Of a stretch of 64,000 bases of DNA, positions 1 through 10,786 are shown one piece after another. The stretch spans positions 1-64,000 of IMG/VR virus record IMGVR_UViG_3300004463_000226. One strand, 5' to 3'. How positions within the stretch are numbered: position 1 is the first letter of the stretch; each line of letters begins with the position of its first letter. The position numbers and the translations under genes are program-made. Under the pieces are notes generated by a model. It was given only the letters and a program-made list of their open reading frames with translations, did not search any database and was not told where the DNA came from.

Positions 1-3000
1 AGATGCTAACAGTAAATTACCTGCGTCTATTACAGGAAATGCTGACGGTAATGCTGCTACCGCAACTAAATTATTGAATACCAGAACTTTTACTCTAACA
101 GGAGATGTTACAGGAAGCTTCACATTTGATGGTAGTGGTAATGTATCTTTTGCCACTACATATAAGGATTCTGGTGTAACAGCAGGTACTTATACGAAAG
201 TAACTGTAGATGCTAAAGGTACAGTTACTTCTGCAACAACCTTATCTGCTTCAGATATTCCTAACTTAGATGCTTCTAAAATTACTACAGGTACTATCGC
301 AGATGCTTTAATTAGTGGAACCTACACTGGCGTAAGTCTTAAACTAGGTACAACCACTAGTGTATTCAGTACACCAAGCACAGGAACACAAAACTCATCT
401 GCAAGAACAGTTTCACATTTAGCTGAATATAGGAACAGTGGATCGTCAGCAACTGGGGCGATTGTGTTTATTGCTCCGACTGGTACTGATGTAATAATGC
501 ATCGTCTAGAAATAGAAGGTATGTTATATGCGGGAGGAGCAGGATTTAAGCTTACAATCCAAGGATATAAAAATGCAGGTGCCTGGTCAAACACTAGTAA
601 GATATCTTCGGGTATCTCGAATATTCAAGTACGGTTCGGTGTTACTCCAGATGGAAAGAACTGTATTATACTGGGCGATGTTACCAGTACATGGAGTTAT
701 CCACATATATCCATAGTAAAAGCTATGTTCAGTCATAGTAACGCAACTGATGCTTACTGTGTTGGGTGGACAACTGCATTAGCAACTGATTTGAGCACAT
801 ATACGGCGGTAACTTCAGCTGTAGGTGAATCTACAAGTACTACAGTGGCAACAGCAGCAACCAAATTATCAACTGCTAGAACTGTTACTTTAACAGGAGC
901 TGTTACAGGTAACTTTAGTTTTGATGGTAATGGTGATGTATCTTTTGCTACTGCATATAAAGATTCAGGTGTAACAGCTGGAACATATCGTTCAGTTACA
1001 GTGGATGCTAAAGGTATGGTGACAGCAGGAACTAATCCAACTACATTAGCTGGATATGGTATCACAGATTCTATAACGAGATACACAACTAACGTTCAAG
1101 GACAAACATGGTCCAGAATACTTCAGTTGTCAGGTACTAGTACTTTAGGACATTCTTTTATTTTAAATCTTTCAGCTACTCGTGGAAGTGTTGTATATAA
1201 TGCAACATTTATGATTACAACATCTCATTATCGAACAGCTACCATTGTTCAAATAGGAAGCACGTCATATGCTACTAGCTTCAGTATTCGTGGTATAGTT
1301 AATGATTATGGTGATGGGTATATTGAGATATTGGACTCTTCTGCTGGTATATCGAATACATCTCAACAATCATTCTTTGTAACTGTTAGTAAAATAAGAG
1401 ATACAACTATAACACCTATTGCAACATTTACTGATGGAACTACTCTTCCTGCGAACCATGTTTCATCTAGTCAAATTACAACAGTTCCAGGGAGTTACAT
1501 CGTTGCTGACTTATCAGGTAATGCTGCTACAGCAACTAAATTAGCAACTGCTAGATCAATCACTCTCACAGGTGCAGTAACTGGATCAGTATCTTTTGAT
1601 GGTAGTGGTAACGTATCAATCACTACTGATTATAAAGATTCTGGTGTAACCGCTGGAACATATCGATCAGTTACTGTAGATGCTAAAGGTAATATTACTG
1701 CGGGTTCGAACCCAACGACATTATCAGGGTACGGTATAACAGATGCTGTTAATTCTTCTGAAGTTGTCACAACAGCTACGGCTAACAAATTGCTTAAGTT
1801 GGATTCCAATAGTAAATTACCTGCATCTATTACAGGAGATGCTGCTTCAGTTGGTGGTAATACAGTAAACGATGCATCGACAGGATCTACAATATTATGG
1901 ACATCTAATAAAATAAACACCGAATTACAGAAAGTTGTTCAAACAATTTCAGCAACACTACCAGCAACTTCTGGGTGGTATAGAATTGCACAATCCGCAG
2001 TGGGTATTGCTCGTAACAGTGCTAGATTTGAATTGGACTGGGCTGTAAGTGGACAACATGGTCAAGCAATCTTCAATGCTTCTATTATGTATTCACAGGG
2101 TGTTGAATTAAACCAGACATTATTCTCTACATTTGGTACATCGATAACAAGAGCACGTATTGTATATCATACAACATACACTGGAAACTATGCTTATCTA
2201 GAGGTATATAACTCGGCTGCTGTTGCATTAGTTGTTAATGTTCAAATGATGAGTACATTAGGATGGTCATTAGTCAACCCTAGTACAGTAGGATCTGTCC
2301 CAACAGGATATACTTCAAAAGAATTAATTTTCAACAAGGGTGTATCCACTACAGGACAGTTTAAATCGAATGTGGCGACAGGTACTGCGCCCTTTATTGT
2401 AGACTCTACTACAACAGTAGCTAACTTAAGTGCTGATTTACTTGATGGTCTGGATTCATTAGCATTCATTAAGGCTGATGGAACTGTAACTATGACAGGT
2501 GCCCACACTATCAATATTGCATCAAATCCTACAATAGGAGGAGATACCTTTGATAATGGGTGGCTTAAAGTAGGAACTTCTACTAATGGTATAACATTTG
2601 ATACAAATGAAATATATCAAACTGGTGCAGATTTAATCATTGGAACATTTGCAAGTGCTCCTGTTAACTATGGTAATATTATTTTTAGACCTCGTGCTGT
2701 TACTGCATTGACACTTGCTGATGATGGTCAAGCTACGTTTGCCAATAATGTATCATTAAGTAATAAACAATTATCAGGTGTAACAAATTTAAATGGTCAA
2801 TTTGGTACTATTGCTAGATCTATTGATGAGTGGTTGCGTTTCAATGATGACGGATCTCACACTAATGGGGTATATTTCGGTTCTAGTATTGTTAGAACAG
2901 ATGGTACTCTACAAGTAGGTAGCTCAGGTACAACAATGCAGGTAAACTCCACTACATTCACATATACTGGCGGATCGGCTGCGTTTAAGAAGTCAACTAA

Positions 3001-6000
3001 TGCCGTAACCGCTTTTCAGGTACAGAACTCATCAGGTGTAGGAGTATTTAATGTAGATACTACAAATACTAGGGTAGGTATTAACAATAACTCACCTAGT
3101 TATACTCTTGAAGTTGGTGGTATAATAGGTAACGATAACTATGTCATCTCTTATGTTGATGCTGCAAGTGGACATAACTTCTTAGGTTATCAATATGCAA
3201 CGAAGACAGCTATTACTCATTATAATTATTATGCAGGCACTCAACGGAATAATAAAACGTCTGATTCTATACGTTTAGATATGGCTAACATTACCGTTGA
3301 TAAGGTATATTATTACAATGGATCTACGTATACAGACGTTACAGTCAATGCTAAGACAGCCTTTGCGTCCACAGCATTTACAATGCTTGCTGCAACAACA
3401 AACTATCTATATTTCGGTGACGATTCTGCCACATTCAATGAATTATATGTTGATATTTCAACGGCAGGTGTCGGTGTAACATTAGCAGCTGAGTATTGGA
3501 ACGGAACAGCTTGGACTGCATTGACTATTACAGATGGAACTACTAATCTTAGTGTCGATGGTTGGATTTCTTGGTCTACTCCTGCTGGATGGACTAAAAA
3601 TGCTGTTTCTGATGCAACTACTAGATACTATATTCGATTAAAGACCACGACTACACCTTCAACCGTGCCTGTTGCTAACTATGCCAATATATCCCTATTT
3701 ACAGGAGATTTCTTAAACGCTAGGCATAATGGATCAATAATGGCACGTATAACAAATGTGGGTGATTTTGTAGGTAGGGTTTATACTTCAACAGTGGCTA
3801 CAGGAACAGCACCATTAACAGTTTCATCAACAACAGTAGTTACAAACTTAAATGCTGATAAACTTGATGGATATGATGCAACAGCTTTCGCTCAATTGTC
3901 GGGCGCTGCATTTACTGGTGGAGTATCTATGCCAAGCTCATCGAAGATTATAGGTGCTGGTACAGGATCTACTAACACAGCATGGTTAGGATTTTATGAA
4001 AGTAATGGAACGACCCGATTAGGTTGGGTTGGTGATGGATCAACAGGTAATGCTACAATGTCTCTAGCGTCTGATACTGGAGCTGTTGATTTAGTACCAG
4101 CAAGTGGATTTGATGCTACAGTAAACGGAAGTAAAATATGGACTGCGGCTAATGATGGAGCAGGAAGTACAATGGATGCTGATACTGTTGATGGTTACGA
4201 TACTAGTACTACAGCGGTAGCAAGTAAAATTCCAGTATATAATGCATCTGCACAATTAGTGGGTAGTATTACTGGTAATGCAGCAACGGCAACTAAATGG
4301 GCAACTTCTAGAACTGTTACATTAACTGGAGATGTTACAGGTAGTTTCTCTATTGATGGGTCAGGTAACGTATCATTTGCTACTACGTATAAAAACTCTG
4401 GTGTTACCGCTGGAACGTATACGAAAGTAACTGTCGACACTAAAGGTAATATTACTAGTGGAACTAGTTTAACAGCTACTGATATCACTACAGCATTAGG
4501 TTATACACCTTTAGATGATTCTGGCGATACAATGACAGGACAATTGTCTATCAACCGTACAGGTGGACAGATGATAAATCTTAAACAAAGTGATTATGCT
4601 TCTGGTCCATATAACTATATCGGTTTTGCTGATGATACTGGGTTATGGAAAGCATATGTTGGATATAACGCCGATAAAGATGGTAAATTTACAATTAATA
4701 ATAGCCTCGGAGATATAGTTTTTGCTTCTACTGGAGGATCTGTTCTTGTAAAACGACAAGCACTAAAAGTTACTAATGCTAGTGATGCATCTGTACTAAG
4801 TGTAGACGTTGTTAATAACAGAATTGGTATTAATATGGATGCACCAGCTTATGGATTTGATATGCGTGGCGGAACTATAAACAGTGATGGTCCTCATAGA
4901 TCATATATGACTACGACTTCAGATCATAACCTTATAGGTTTTAACTATGTACCAAGAACCACAATAACAGACTATAATTTGACTTTAGCGTCTCGTCAAA
5001 ATATTAAAACAAGTGCTGCTATAAATATGGATATGGCTAACCTAACTTGTGATAAAATATGGAGATATAGTGGAACTTATGAGGATGTAACAACATCAAT
5101 GAGATCATACGAATCTTCTATACTTGAGATATTTACAGCAACTTCGCATTATATGTATTTTGGGGATGCTGCTAAATTCTCAGAACTATATGTAGAAGTA
5201 TCTTATCCAGGTATGGGTGTGACATTGGTTGCTGAATACTGGAACGGTAGTGCATGGACATCTTTATCAATCACAGATGGAAGCACTAACATTACAGCTA
5301 GTGGATGGATTTCTTGGACCTCCCCTGCAAACTGGGCTATGAATGCTGTATCAGATGGTGTAAGCCGATATTATGTTCGTTTAAGATCAACGACAACACC
5401 ATCAACACCGCCAGATGTAACAACATTTAATATATCAGCATTTACTGGTAAATTTATTGCAATGGCAAACGGTAACTCTAGCCAAGCATATATTAACTAT
5501 GACGGCATGATATATGGAACATACTTCCGTTCAGATCCTAGTAGAAACTGGACAAGTAGCATGCGATATGGATTCGATTTGAATAACTCTGATATGATCG
5601 GCATTAACGCTTTATTCTTCAATGATGAATCTGCTGGAGATAGTGAAGCTATTCAGTTCCCTCATACAGGTATGTCAGGAAGCACTTCTGTATCTGACTA
5701 CGATAGTATCCGTGCATTAGATGGGAAATTCCTATTTAATAGTCAGGAAGTTGACTACATTGTAAGTAGTGGATCGAACGCCAATGGTTACTATATTAAG
5801 TATAATAGTGGTTTAATGATTTGCTGGGCTGATTTAAGTGTGGTTGCCAATACGTTAACATGGTCCAATTCAGCTATTGCTGGTGGAACTTATTATTATT
5901 GGGGATCTACATGGACATTCCCTGCAACATTTATAACAAGTAAGCACATTAGTGTACAAGCTTCTGGAGATTGTCCTATTAATGGTGTTGAGAGTCATCG

Positions 6001-6118
6001 AGCATATAATCCAACAGCTACTTCATGTAGCGTTGAACATGGTATATTATCAGCTTCTACTCCTTCAACAACAGGGACTCTCAGAAAGCAATACTTTGCT
6101 GTAGGATATTGGAAATAA
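1..6118 (+). CDS. Long tail fibre / receptor-binding protein, 5'-truncated by the window
   Basis: Frame is open from base 2 (DANSKLPASITGNADGNAATATKLL...), so 74 is not the true start. Thr/Gly/Ser-rich, with fibre repeats (GNAATATKL, SGVTAGTY.KVTVDAKG, PTTLAGYGITD, NADKLDG) and a typical fibre C-terminus (NGYYIKYNSGLMICW...WTFPATF...YFAVGYWK). Confidence 0.9.
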   Translation, partial: DANSKLPASITGNADGNAATATKLLNTRTFTLTGDVTGSFTFDGSGNVSFATTYKDSGVTAGTYTKVTVDAKGTVTSATTLSASDIPNLDASKITTGTIADALISGTYTGVSLKLGTTTSVFSTPSTGTQNSSARTVSHLAEYRNSGSSATGAIVFIAPTGTDVIMHRLEIEGMLYAGGAGFKLTIQGYKNAGAWSNTSKISSGISNIQVRFGVTPDGKNCIILGDVTSTWSYPHISIVKAMFSHSNATDAYCVGWTTALATDLSTYTAVTSAVGESTSTTVATAATKLSTARTVTLTGAVTGNFSFDGNGDVSFATAYKDSGVTAGTYRSVTVDAKGMVTAGTNPTTLAGYGITDSITRYTTNVQGQTWSRILQLSGTSTLGHSFILNLSATRGSVVYNATFMITTSHYRTATIVQIGSTSYATSFSIRGIVNDYGDGYIEILDSSAGISNTSQQSFFVTVSKIRDTTITPIATFTDGTTLPANHVSSSQITTVPGSYIVADLSGNAATATKLATARSITLTGAVTGSVSFDGSGNVSITTDYKDSGVTAGTYRSVTVDAKGNITAGSNPTTLSGYGITDAVNSSEVVTTATANKLLKLDSNSKLPASITGDAASVGGNTVNDASTGSTILWTSNKINTELQKVVQTISATLPATSGWYRIAQSAVGIARNSARFELDWAVSGQHGQAIFNASIMYSQGVELNQTLFSTFGTSITRARIVYHTTYTGNYAYLEVYNSAAVALVVNVQMMSTLGWSLVNPSTVGSVPTGYTSKELIFNKGVSTTGQFKSNVATGTAPFIVDSTTTVANLSADLLDGLDSLAFIKADGTVTMTGAHTINIASNPTIGGDTFDNGWLKVGTSTNGITFDTNEIYQTGADLIIGTFASAPVNYGNIIFRPRAVTALTLADDGQATFANNVSLSNKQLSGVTNLNGQFGTIARSIDEWLRFNDDGSHTNGVYFGSSIVRTDGTLQVGSSGTTMQVNSTTFTYTGGSAAFKKSTNAVTAFQVQNSSGVGVFNVDTTNTRVGINNNSPSYTLEVGGIIGNDNYVISYVDAASGHNFLGYQYATKTAITHYNYYAGTQRNNKTSDSIRLDMANITVDKVYYYNGSTYTDVTVNAKTAFASTAFTMLAATTNYLYFGDDSATFNELYVDISTAGVGVTLAAEYWNGTAWTALTITDGTTNLSVDGWISWSTPAGWTKNAVSDATTRYYIRLKTTTTPSTVPVANYANISLFTGDFLNARHNGSIMARITNVGDFVGRVYTSTVATGTAPLTVSSTTVVTNLNADKLDGYDATAFAQLSGAAFTGGVSMPSSSKIIGAGTGSTNTAWLGFYESNGTTRLGWVGDGSTGNATMSLASDTGAVDLVPASGFDATVNGSKIWTAANDGAGSTMDADTVDGYDTSTTAVASKIPVYNASAQLVGSITGNAATATKWATSRTVTLTGDVTGSFSIDGSGNVSFATTYKNSGVTAGTYTKVTVDTKGNITSGTSLTATDITTALGYTPLDDSGDTMTGQLSINRTGGQMINLKQSDYASGPYNYIGFADDTGLWKAYVGYNADKDGKFTINNSLGDIVFASTGGSVLVKRQALKVTNASDASVLSVDVVNNRIGINMDAPAYGFDMRGGTINSDGPHRSYMTTTSDHNLIGFNYVPRTTITDYNLTLASRQNIKTSAAINMDMANLTCDKIWRYSGTYEDVTTSMRSYESSILEIFTATSHYMYFGDAAKFSELYVEVSYPGMGVTLVAEYWNGSAWTSLSITDGSTNITASGWISWTSPANWAMNAVSDGVSRYYVRLRSTTTPSTPPDVTTFNISAFTGKFIAMANGNSSQAYINYDGMIYGTYFRSDPSRNWTSSMRYGFDLNNSDMIGINALFFNDESAGDSEAIQFPHTGMSGSTSVSDYDSIRALDGKFLFNSQEVDYIVSSGSNANGYYIKYNSGLMICWADLSVVANTLTWSNSAIAGGTYYYWGSTWTFPATFITSKHISVQASGDCPINGVESHRAYNPTATSCSVEHGILSASTPSTTGTLRKQYFAVGYWK

Positions 6119-6167
6119 TAGCATGGGTGGGGTATTAATTTATCCCACCTAAAAAGGAGGAACTAAA

Positions 6168-6446
6168 TTGATTAAAGTATTATATAGTCCACAGATCAAT
6201 ATAAAAGACTCCCTAAAATATAAATTTGAGGGAGATAAGGTAACAGCCACACTTAATGGAATGACTGACATCTTTGACTTTACAGGAATGCCTGATGGTG
6301 CGGTTGATTCAGTTGAAACAGTTTTGCCCATGGATGTCATTATTGAAGCTCAGAAAAAAGATGGTTTTTTATGGTTAACTCTATTGAAATTTATCCCTGA
6401 AAATGCTCCGCAATCTGATAGATTTCCTACATGGCAGGTGATTTAA
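6168..6446 (+). CDS. Small tail-fibre-associated protein (assembly chaperone-like)
   Basis: AGGAGG RBS with TTG start, directly after the fibre gene; RFP.W C-terminus typical of fibre-adjacent phage proteins. Confidence 0.6.
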   Translation: MIKVLYSPQINIKDSLKYKFEGDKVTATLNGMTDIFDFTGMPDGAVDSVETVLPMDVIIEAQKKDGFLWLTLLKFIPENAPQSDRFPTWQVI

Positions 6447-6447
6447 T

Positions 6448-6849
6448 ATGGGTAAAATTAACTGGAAATCAGCATCTTTCATGTTAGAAGAGAAAAGGAA
6501 ACAAAAAGTTGAGGAATTAGATCAAAAATGTACCACAACTATACTCAGTAGATTTTCTTGTGTTATCGCAGGTAAAACATATTATTTCTCCAATGATAAT
6601 GAAGCACAGAAAAACTTTGACAAAGCTGCTCGGGCTTTTGATAAAGGATTGACAAATTCATTGCCTTGGACAGCATATGATGGTGGTGGGCAAGTTACTA
6701 GGGTGACGATAAGCAAACTAGACTTTGAAACTCTATATTTAGCACATTTAATGCACATTCAAGATAATATTGCTAAATTCCGTGATACGCTGTTACCTAA
6801 AGTAATGGCTGCTAAGACAGAGGCTGATCTTAATACTATCCAATGGTAG
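6448..6849 (+). CDS. DUF4376-like tail fibre chaperone
   Basis: Ends AKTEADLNTIQW, a Tfa/DUF4376-type C-terminus; lies downstream of the fibre gene. Confidence 0.65.
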   Translation: MGKINWKSASFMLEEKRKQKVEELDQKCTTTILSRFSCVIAGKTYYFSNDNEAQKNFDKAARAFDKGLTNSLPWTAYDGGGQVTRVTISKLDFETLYLAHLMHIQDNIAKFRDTLLPKVMAAKTEADLNTIQW

Positions 6850-6860
6850 GGGATGTAATT

Positions 6861-7328
6861 ATGCTACAACAGTTTGATATTATATTGTATAAGGGTCAAT
6901 CTCTTATAGCCAAAACTATAAAAAATATATCAAACTCTAAATACAGTCACGTTGCACTGGTTTTGGATAGTCTCCATACATTAGAGTCTGATTACAAGAA
7001 TCCTGTTAATATCAGACACTTCTCTTACTTAAAAGGAAGTTATGATGTTTATGAGTTTATAACCCCCTTAACAAGAAAACAACGAGATGGAATACTCGAA
7101 TTCATTAGAGCAAATATCGGTAAAGGGTATGATTATCCATACATACTCACTAGGGGACTTAATATTCTATTTGGTACTAAGATTTATAATTCCCCTGACC
7201 GTTATAATTGTGATGAATTAATTGTAGATGCGTTCCGATCAGAAGGAATCGAATTGTTAACAGGAGATAAATTAATCCCTGAAACATTAACTCAGTCTAT
7301 TCATTATAGACTGAAAAAGAGTTGTTAA
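6861..7328 (+). CDS. Permuted papain-like amidase (YiiX/YebB-like, NlpC/P60 superfamily)
   Basis: DIILY...YSHVAL (His) precedes GKGYDY...YNCDEL (Cys), the circularly permuted dyad order; start at 6861 after a GGGG RBS. Confidence 0.8.
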   Translation: MLQQFDIILYKGQSLIAKTIKNISNSKYSHVALVLDSLHTLESDYKNPVNIRHFSYLKGSYDVYEFITPLTRKQRDGILEFIRANIGKGYDYPYILTRGLNILFGTKIYNSPDRYNCDELIVDAFRSEGIELLTGDKLIPETLTQSIHYRLKKSC

Positions 7329-7330
7329 AA

Positions 7331-7360
7331 TTAATCCCTACGTTTCTACGTAGGGATTAA
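7331..7360. terminator. Intrinsic terminator hairpin
   Basis: TTAATCCCTACG-TTTCTA-CGTAGGGATTAA perfect inverted repeat after the amidase gene. Confidence 0.75.
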
Positions 7361-7411
7361 ATTATGTATTTTTGAACTTTATATTAAAGAAGCTGAGAAG
7401 GAGGTAAATAT

Positions 7412-10054
7412 ATGATTGATGAGCAACTATTTAAAGAAGCTGAGAGTAACAGTACGTTTGATTTAGAAGCTCTAGAGAAATCACTGGCTGATATTAAGCA
7501 AACATCATTTAATTATCTATATGAATTTCAGAAGAACGCCGTCAACTATAAAAAATTTGACTTTACAATGTCTGATTTTCAATTAGATAAAAACACCAGT
7601 CGTACTCGAACAGCATCTTATCCAAAAAAATATGTTATTCATATACCAAGCAATTTCATATCCCAAAGAAAACGTTATATGTATAAGCAGTCAGCTCACT
7701 ATGGTAAAGAATTGAATGTATTCCAAGTGGCTAATGATCCTAATGTATTTACACGGGTTTATTTAGTATTCATTGATGGTAAATACTATGATACCATCAA
7801 TATCAGATGTAAAGAGAACGTTACTGAACTTATCTTAGATATTCAAGATACTAAGATAAATCCTACAGGCGTACCACAAACTCATTTTAACACCTTAGTA
7901 CAGAATAATGCTAAGGTTACTGTATTCTTTGTACCAAATGCAACATATGGTCTATACAATACGAACTACAATGTGATGAAATTGTATAAGAACCAGCTTG
8001 CATTGAGCAACTTAAATATCTCTGGTAACTTAACTACTCAGACTCAATATATTACATTCATTAACACAAATGACTTATTATTTTCATCTGTTATCACAGA
8101 TACATCAAACTCAACAGACATGCTAAGATTCTATGATAACAATCTGAGAGCATTTGATAGTAAGTACGTTCATTTGAATGTATTCGGGTTTAGAAATTTA
8201 CTAGATCAATACAATATTCCTGGGGCAACAAAGTTCTTTAAGATACCCCTCCAGGATATGCCAGTACCTGTTGAAAATTTAATGATTTTCACAAATGATG
8301 CTGATGGGAATAAAAAGTTTGCGCATGATATAAGTGTTGTCTTACACTATCCTAATATATATGAGATAGTGGGCAATACTACAAATGCAAATTTAACAAT
8401 CTATGCTTTCTATTTTGATGATAGTACTTCTCAAGGTCTAAAGTTCAATAATGACTTGGATTTATATCAGAAATTATTTGGAAGTGATGTTGGAAGGTAT
8501 ATTAATAACACAATACCTGATGTTGTTAAATCGTACCAACCAAGCTCATATAGTTATGATATCAATGACTTCCAATCGTCAATTGAGTATAACGATCATC
8601 TTAAGTATAAGATTGATAAGTTAAAAACTTGGATTACAGAAAATCCTGAAGTTCTTCGATTGTATCTTAACAATCAGATCAAGACTCCTACAGGATTTAT
8701 AATTGATGTTGCTCAAGTTAATCTCTCATCTAAACTTCGTAATAATAACTTTGCTGAAGTTGACTACGAATATGAGAAGAAAATATTCTCGGAACCGAGA
8801 TATTTATTTATTTTATCCAACGGTTCAACGGATTTATATTCTGACGTTCGTTTCTATATAGATGGATTGTTATATGTTCCTGATGAAACATATAAGGATT
8901 CTGGATATGAATATTACTATATCCCAACAGCAATAGTTAAGTCTAACTCTATTATAGAAGTTGAAAGATTTAGTGAAATTGAGTTTCAGAAGATGGTAAC
9001 TCTTAATTCACCATTAGATAAGGTCATATTAAATCCTCGTTCAGACTGGACTTTTAATGCAACTGATATATATATAGTAGATCCTACTGTAAATAAATTT
9101 ATTAGTAGGGACTCCTTTAAAGTTGTTATTACTAGAAATAACATTGATATTGAACTAGACTCTTCATCTCTAAAAAGTATAAAGGGACCTATTGGAATCC
9201 GTATCACAGATCCAGCACTACTAGCTAGACCTGTGTATGTATTCATACGACGTCATATATATTTTGATGTCAGGGATATTAAAGAGAACGACGATATTGG
9301 TACAGTTTTCTCTTTCAGGTCAAAAACTAATTTCGATGTTAAAAATGTACGGGTATTTAAAAATGGTAGATTCTTACCTAGTTCTCTATATGATATTGAC
9401 TTTGAAAATAAAGTCAATGGTATGAACTTCATAACCCCACTTATCCGTAAACAAATTGGAGATAAGTTTGTAGTCGATTGTACACCATACAAATACAAGA
9501 CAGTAACAGAGATAAATTCTATTGATCCTACTGGGTTTGTAAACTTAAGGGGTATAGTCGATAAACCATTTGATTTAAAATGGTACGATGTTTATCTGAA
9601 TGGTAGACGTCTAAACAAGAATCAGATTGAAATAGTCTCCCCTACTCTCATCTACATTAAGAATGTGACCAGTCTTAAACATTTCATTCTTATAGAAAAG
9701 GATAGGGATACTGAATATTTCAATATAGGTGCAGCAAAAACAATCAACGATACTCTATGGGATGATAATTCTGAGTTTAAAATAGCTCTGAATAATAGAC
9801 CAACAATATCTGATAGTGAAACAGATATTGTCACTGAGTTAGAGAATTCAATTGAGCTTGAAAAGATGAAGATGTTCCTTGTAATTATCGGTAGGGAGAA
9901 GTTAGTTAATCCTGATGAATTTCAAATAACAGAGGAAGATCAACAAAGATTTCCTAATATGTTTAATCCTGCTCAGGACTTCTTCTTTATTGATCCAGAT
10001 GAAAATTTTGCTGCTGTTAGTAGAATAAAAATATTTCCTGAATTTAAGTTATAA
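7412..10054 (+). CDS. Large virion structural protein (baseplate/tail, jumbo phage type)
   Basis: 880 aa with repeated beta motifs (VFIDG, FYIDG, VFKNG, VYLNG); late-type promoter variant and GGAGG RBS; tail module context. Confidence 0.6.
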   Translation: MIDEQLFKEAESNSTFDLEALEKSLADIKQTSFNYLYEFQKNAVNYKKFDFTMSDFQLDKNTSRTRTASYPKKYVIHIPSNFISQRKRYMYKQSAHYGKELNVFQVANDPNVFTRVYLVFIDGKYYDTINIRCKENVTELILDIQDTKINPTGVPQTHFNTLVQNNAKVTVFFVPNATYGLYNTNYNVMKLYKNQLALSNLNISGNLTTQTQYITFINTNDLLFSSVITDTSNSTDMLRFYDNNLRAFDSKYVHLNVFGFRNLLDQYNIPGATKFFKIPLQDMPVPVENLMIFTNDADGNKKFAHDISVVLHYPNIYEIVGNTTNANLTIYAFYFDDSTSQGLKFNNDLDLYQKLFGSDVGRYINNTIPDVVKSYQPSSYSYDINDFQSSIEYNDHLKYKIDKLKTWITENPEVLRLYLNNQIKTPTGFIIDVAQVNLSSKLRNNNFAEVDYEYEKKIFSEPRYLFILSNGSTDLYSDVRFYIDGLLYVPDETYKDSGYEYYYIPTAIVKSNSIIEVERFSEIEFQKMVTLNSPLDKVILNPRSDWTFNATDIYIVDPTVNKFISRDSFKVVITRNNIDIELDSSSLKSIKGPIGIRITDPALLARPVYVFIRRHIYFDVRDIKENDDIGTVFSFRSKTNFDVKNVRVFKNGRFLPSSLYDIDFENKVNGMNFITPLIRKQIGDKFVVDCTPYKYKTVTEINSIDPTGFVNLRGIVDKPFDLKWYDVYLNGRRLNKNQIEIVSPTLIYIKNVTSLKHFILIEKDRDTEYFNIGAAKTINDTLWDDNSEFKIALNNRPTISDSETDIVTELENSIELEKMKMFLVIIGREKLVNPDEFQITEEDQQRFPNMFNPAQDFFFIDPDENFAAVSRIKIFPEFKL

Positions 10055-10057
10055 AAG

Positions 10058-10081
10058 ACAGACCCTAGAAATAGGGTCTGT
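10058..10081 (+). terminator. Intrinsic terminator hairpin
   Basis: ACAGACCCTA-GAAA-TAGGGTCTGT followed by T. Confidence 0.7.
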
Positions 10082-10092
10082 TGAATTATTGT

Positions 10093-10104
10093 AACATTAT
10101 AATA
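10093..10104 (+). promoter_or_regulatory. Late-type phage promoter motif AACA-N6-TA (representative copy)
   Basis: AACA-TTATAA-TA just before an RBS. The same motif precedes genes at about 12256+, 16105-, 17468-, 26050-, 26437-, 29363-, 31724+, 44743-, 55584+ and 62079+, and matches the AR9 late consensus AACA-N6-TA/G. Confidence 0.7.
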
Positions 10105-10114
10105 AACAGAAGGA

Positions 10115-10774
10115 GTGAATAATATGACTACTGAATTAAACCGTTATGCCATAACGGCTCTATCTCGGAAAAACAAAGCATATGCTATTCCACATGAGAT
10201 TATGATTCATAAGGAAATCGGACAGATTTCCATCAAGACTCCAAATGGAGACATCATCTCAACAGATAGTTTGACTCGTGTACAAAACCATATTGAAAAT
10301 GTAACTAACCGTGCACGACTAGCAAACATCACAGGTGATTTATTTCTTATGGATCTTGACTTTGAATTACCTGAAGTTATTGATGAGAATGAGGACTTCT
10401 TAGGTAGTACTATCATACTAAAGGCTGCTCCTATCACATCAGGTGTAATGATTTCATTTGATATTGATGCGGTTCTTATGTCAGATAATGATAGTATAGT
10501 TGAGAGTGAGCCTATCTTAGAATTAGCTATAGATTTCAAAAGAACTCTACCAAATTCAACTATTGAACATAACCGATACAATATCTCTAAGAAGTTAAAC
10601 TCTGTGAATACAATGCGTATAGAACCAAGAGACTTCTTACCAATAACAGTGACAGATTACACTCCGTACTCATTAGTATTGGAAAGTGCAATGATTCACA
10701 GAGATTCGGCTGTATATGATGGTACTGTAACAATACGTAATATAATCCACAGCATTATAGTTGTAGCAGAATAG
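10115..10774 (+). CDS. Hypothetical virion-associated protein
   Basis: 219 aa ORF with RBS, under a late-type promoter in the tail module. Confidence 0.55.
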   Translation: MNNMTTELNRYAITALSRKNKAYAIPHEIMIHKEIGQISIKTPNGDIISTDSLTRVQNHIENVTNRARLANITGDLFLMDLDFELPEVIDENEDFLGSTIILKAAPITSGVMISFDIDAVLMSDNDSIVESEPILELAIDFKRTLPNSTIEHNRYNISKKLNSVNTMRIEPRDFLPITVTDYTPYSLVLESAMIHRDSAVYDGTVTIRNIIHSIIVVAE

Positions 10775-10786
10775 GTGGTGATAAAG

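Noticed and set aside
1698-1716. GGGTTCGAACCC, a tRNA T-arm-like sequence
   Set aside because: Lies in-frame inside the tail fibre CDS (AGSNP), with no D-arm, anticodon arm or acceptor stem.
50-4450. Repeats read as a CRISPR array or a DGR template/variable repeat
   Set aside because: They are in-frame coding repeats with irregular long spacing and differences not confined to adenines; no cas or reverse transcriptase gene in the window.
322-4488. Short antisense or alternative-frame ORFs inside long genes (here and throughout, e.g. 8986, 15124, 23208, 27867, 49940, 58990)
   Set aside because: Shadow ORFs produced by codon bias of the real genes; no RBS or motifs.
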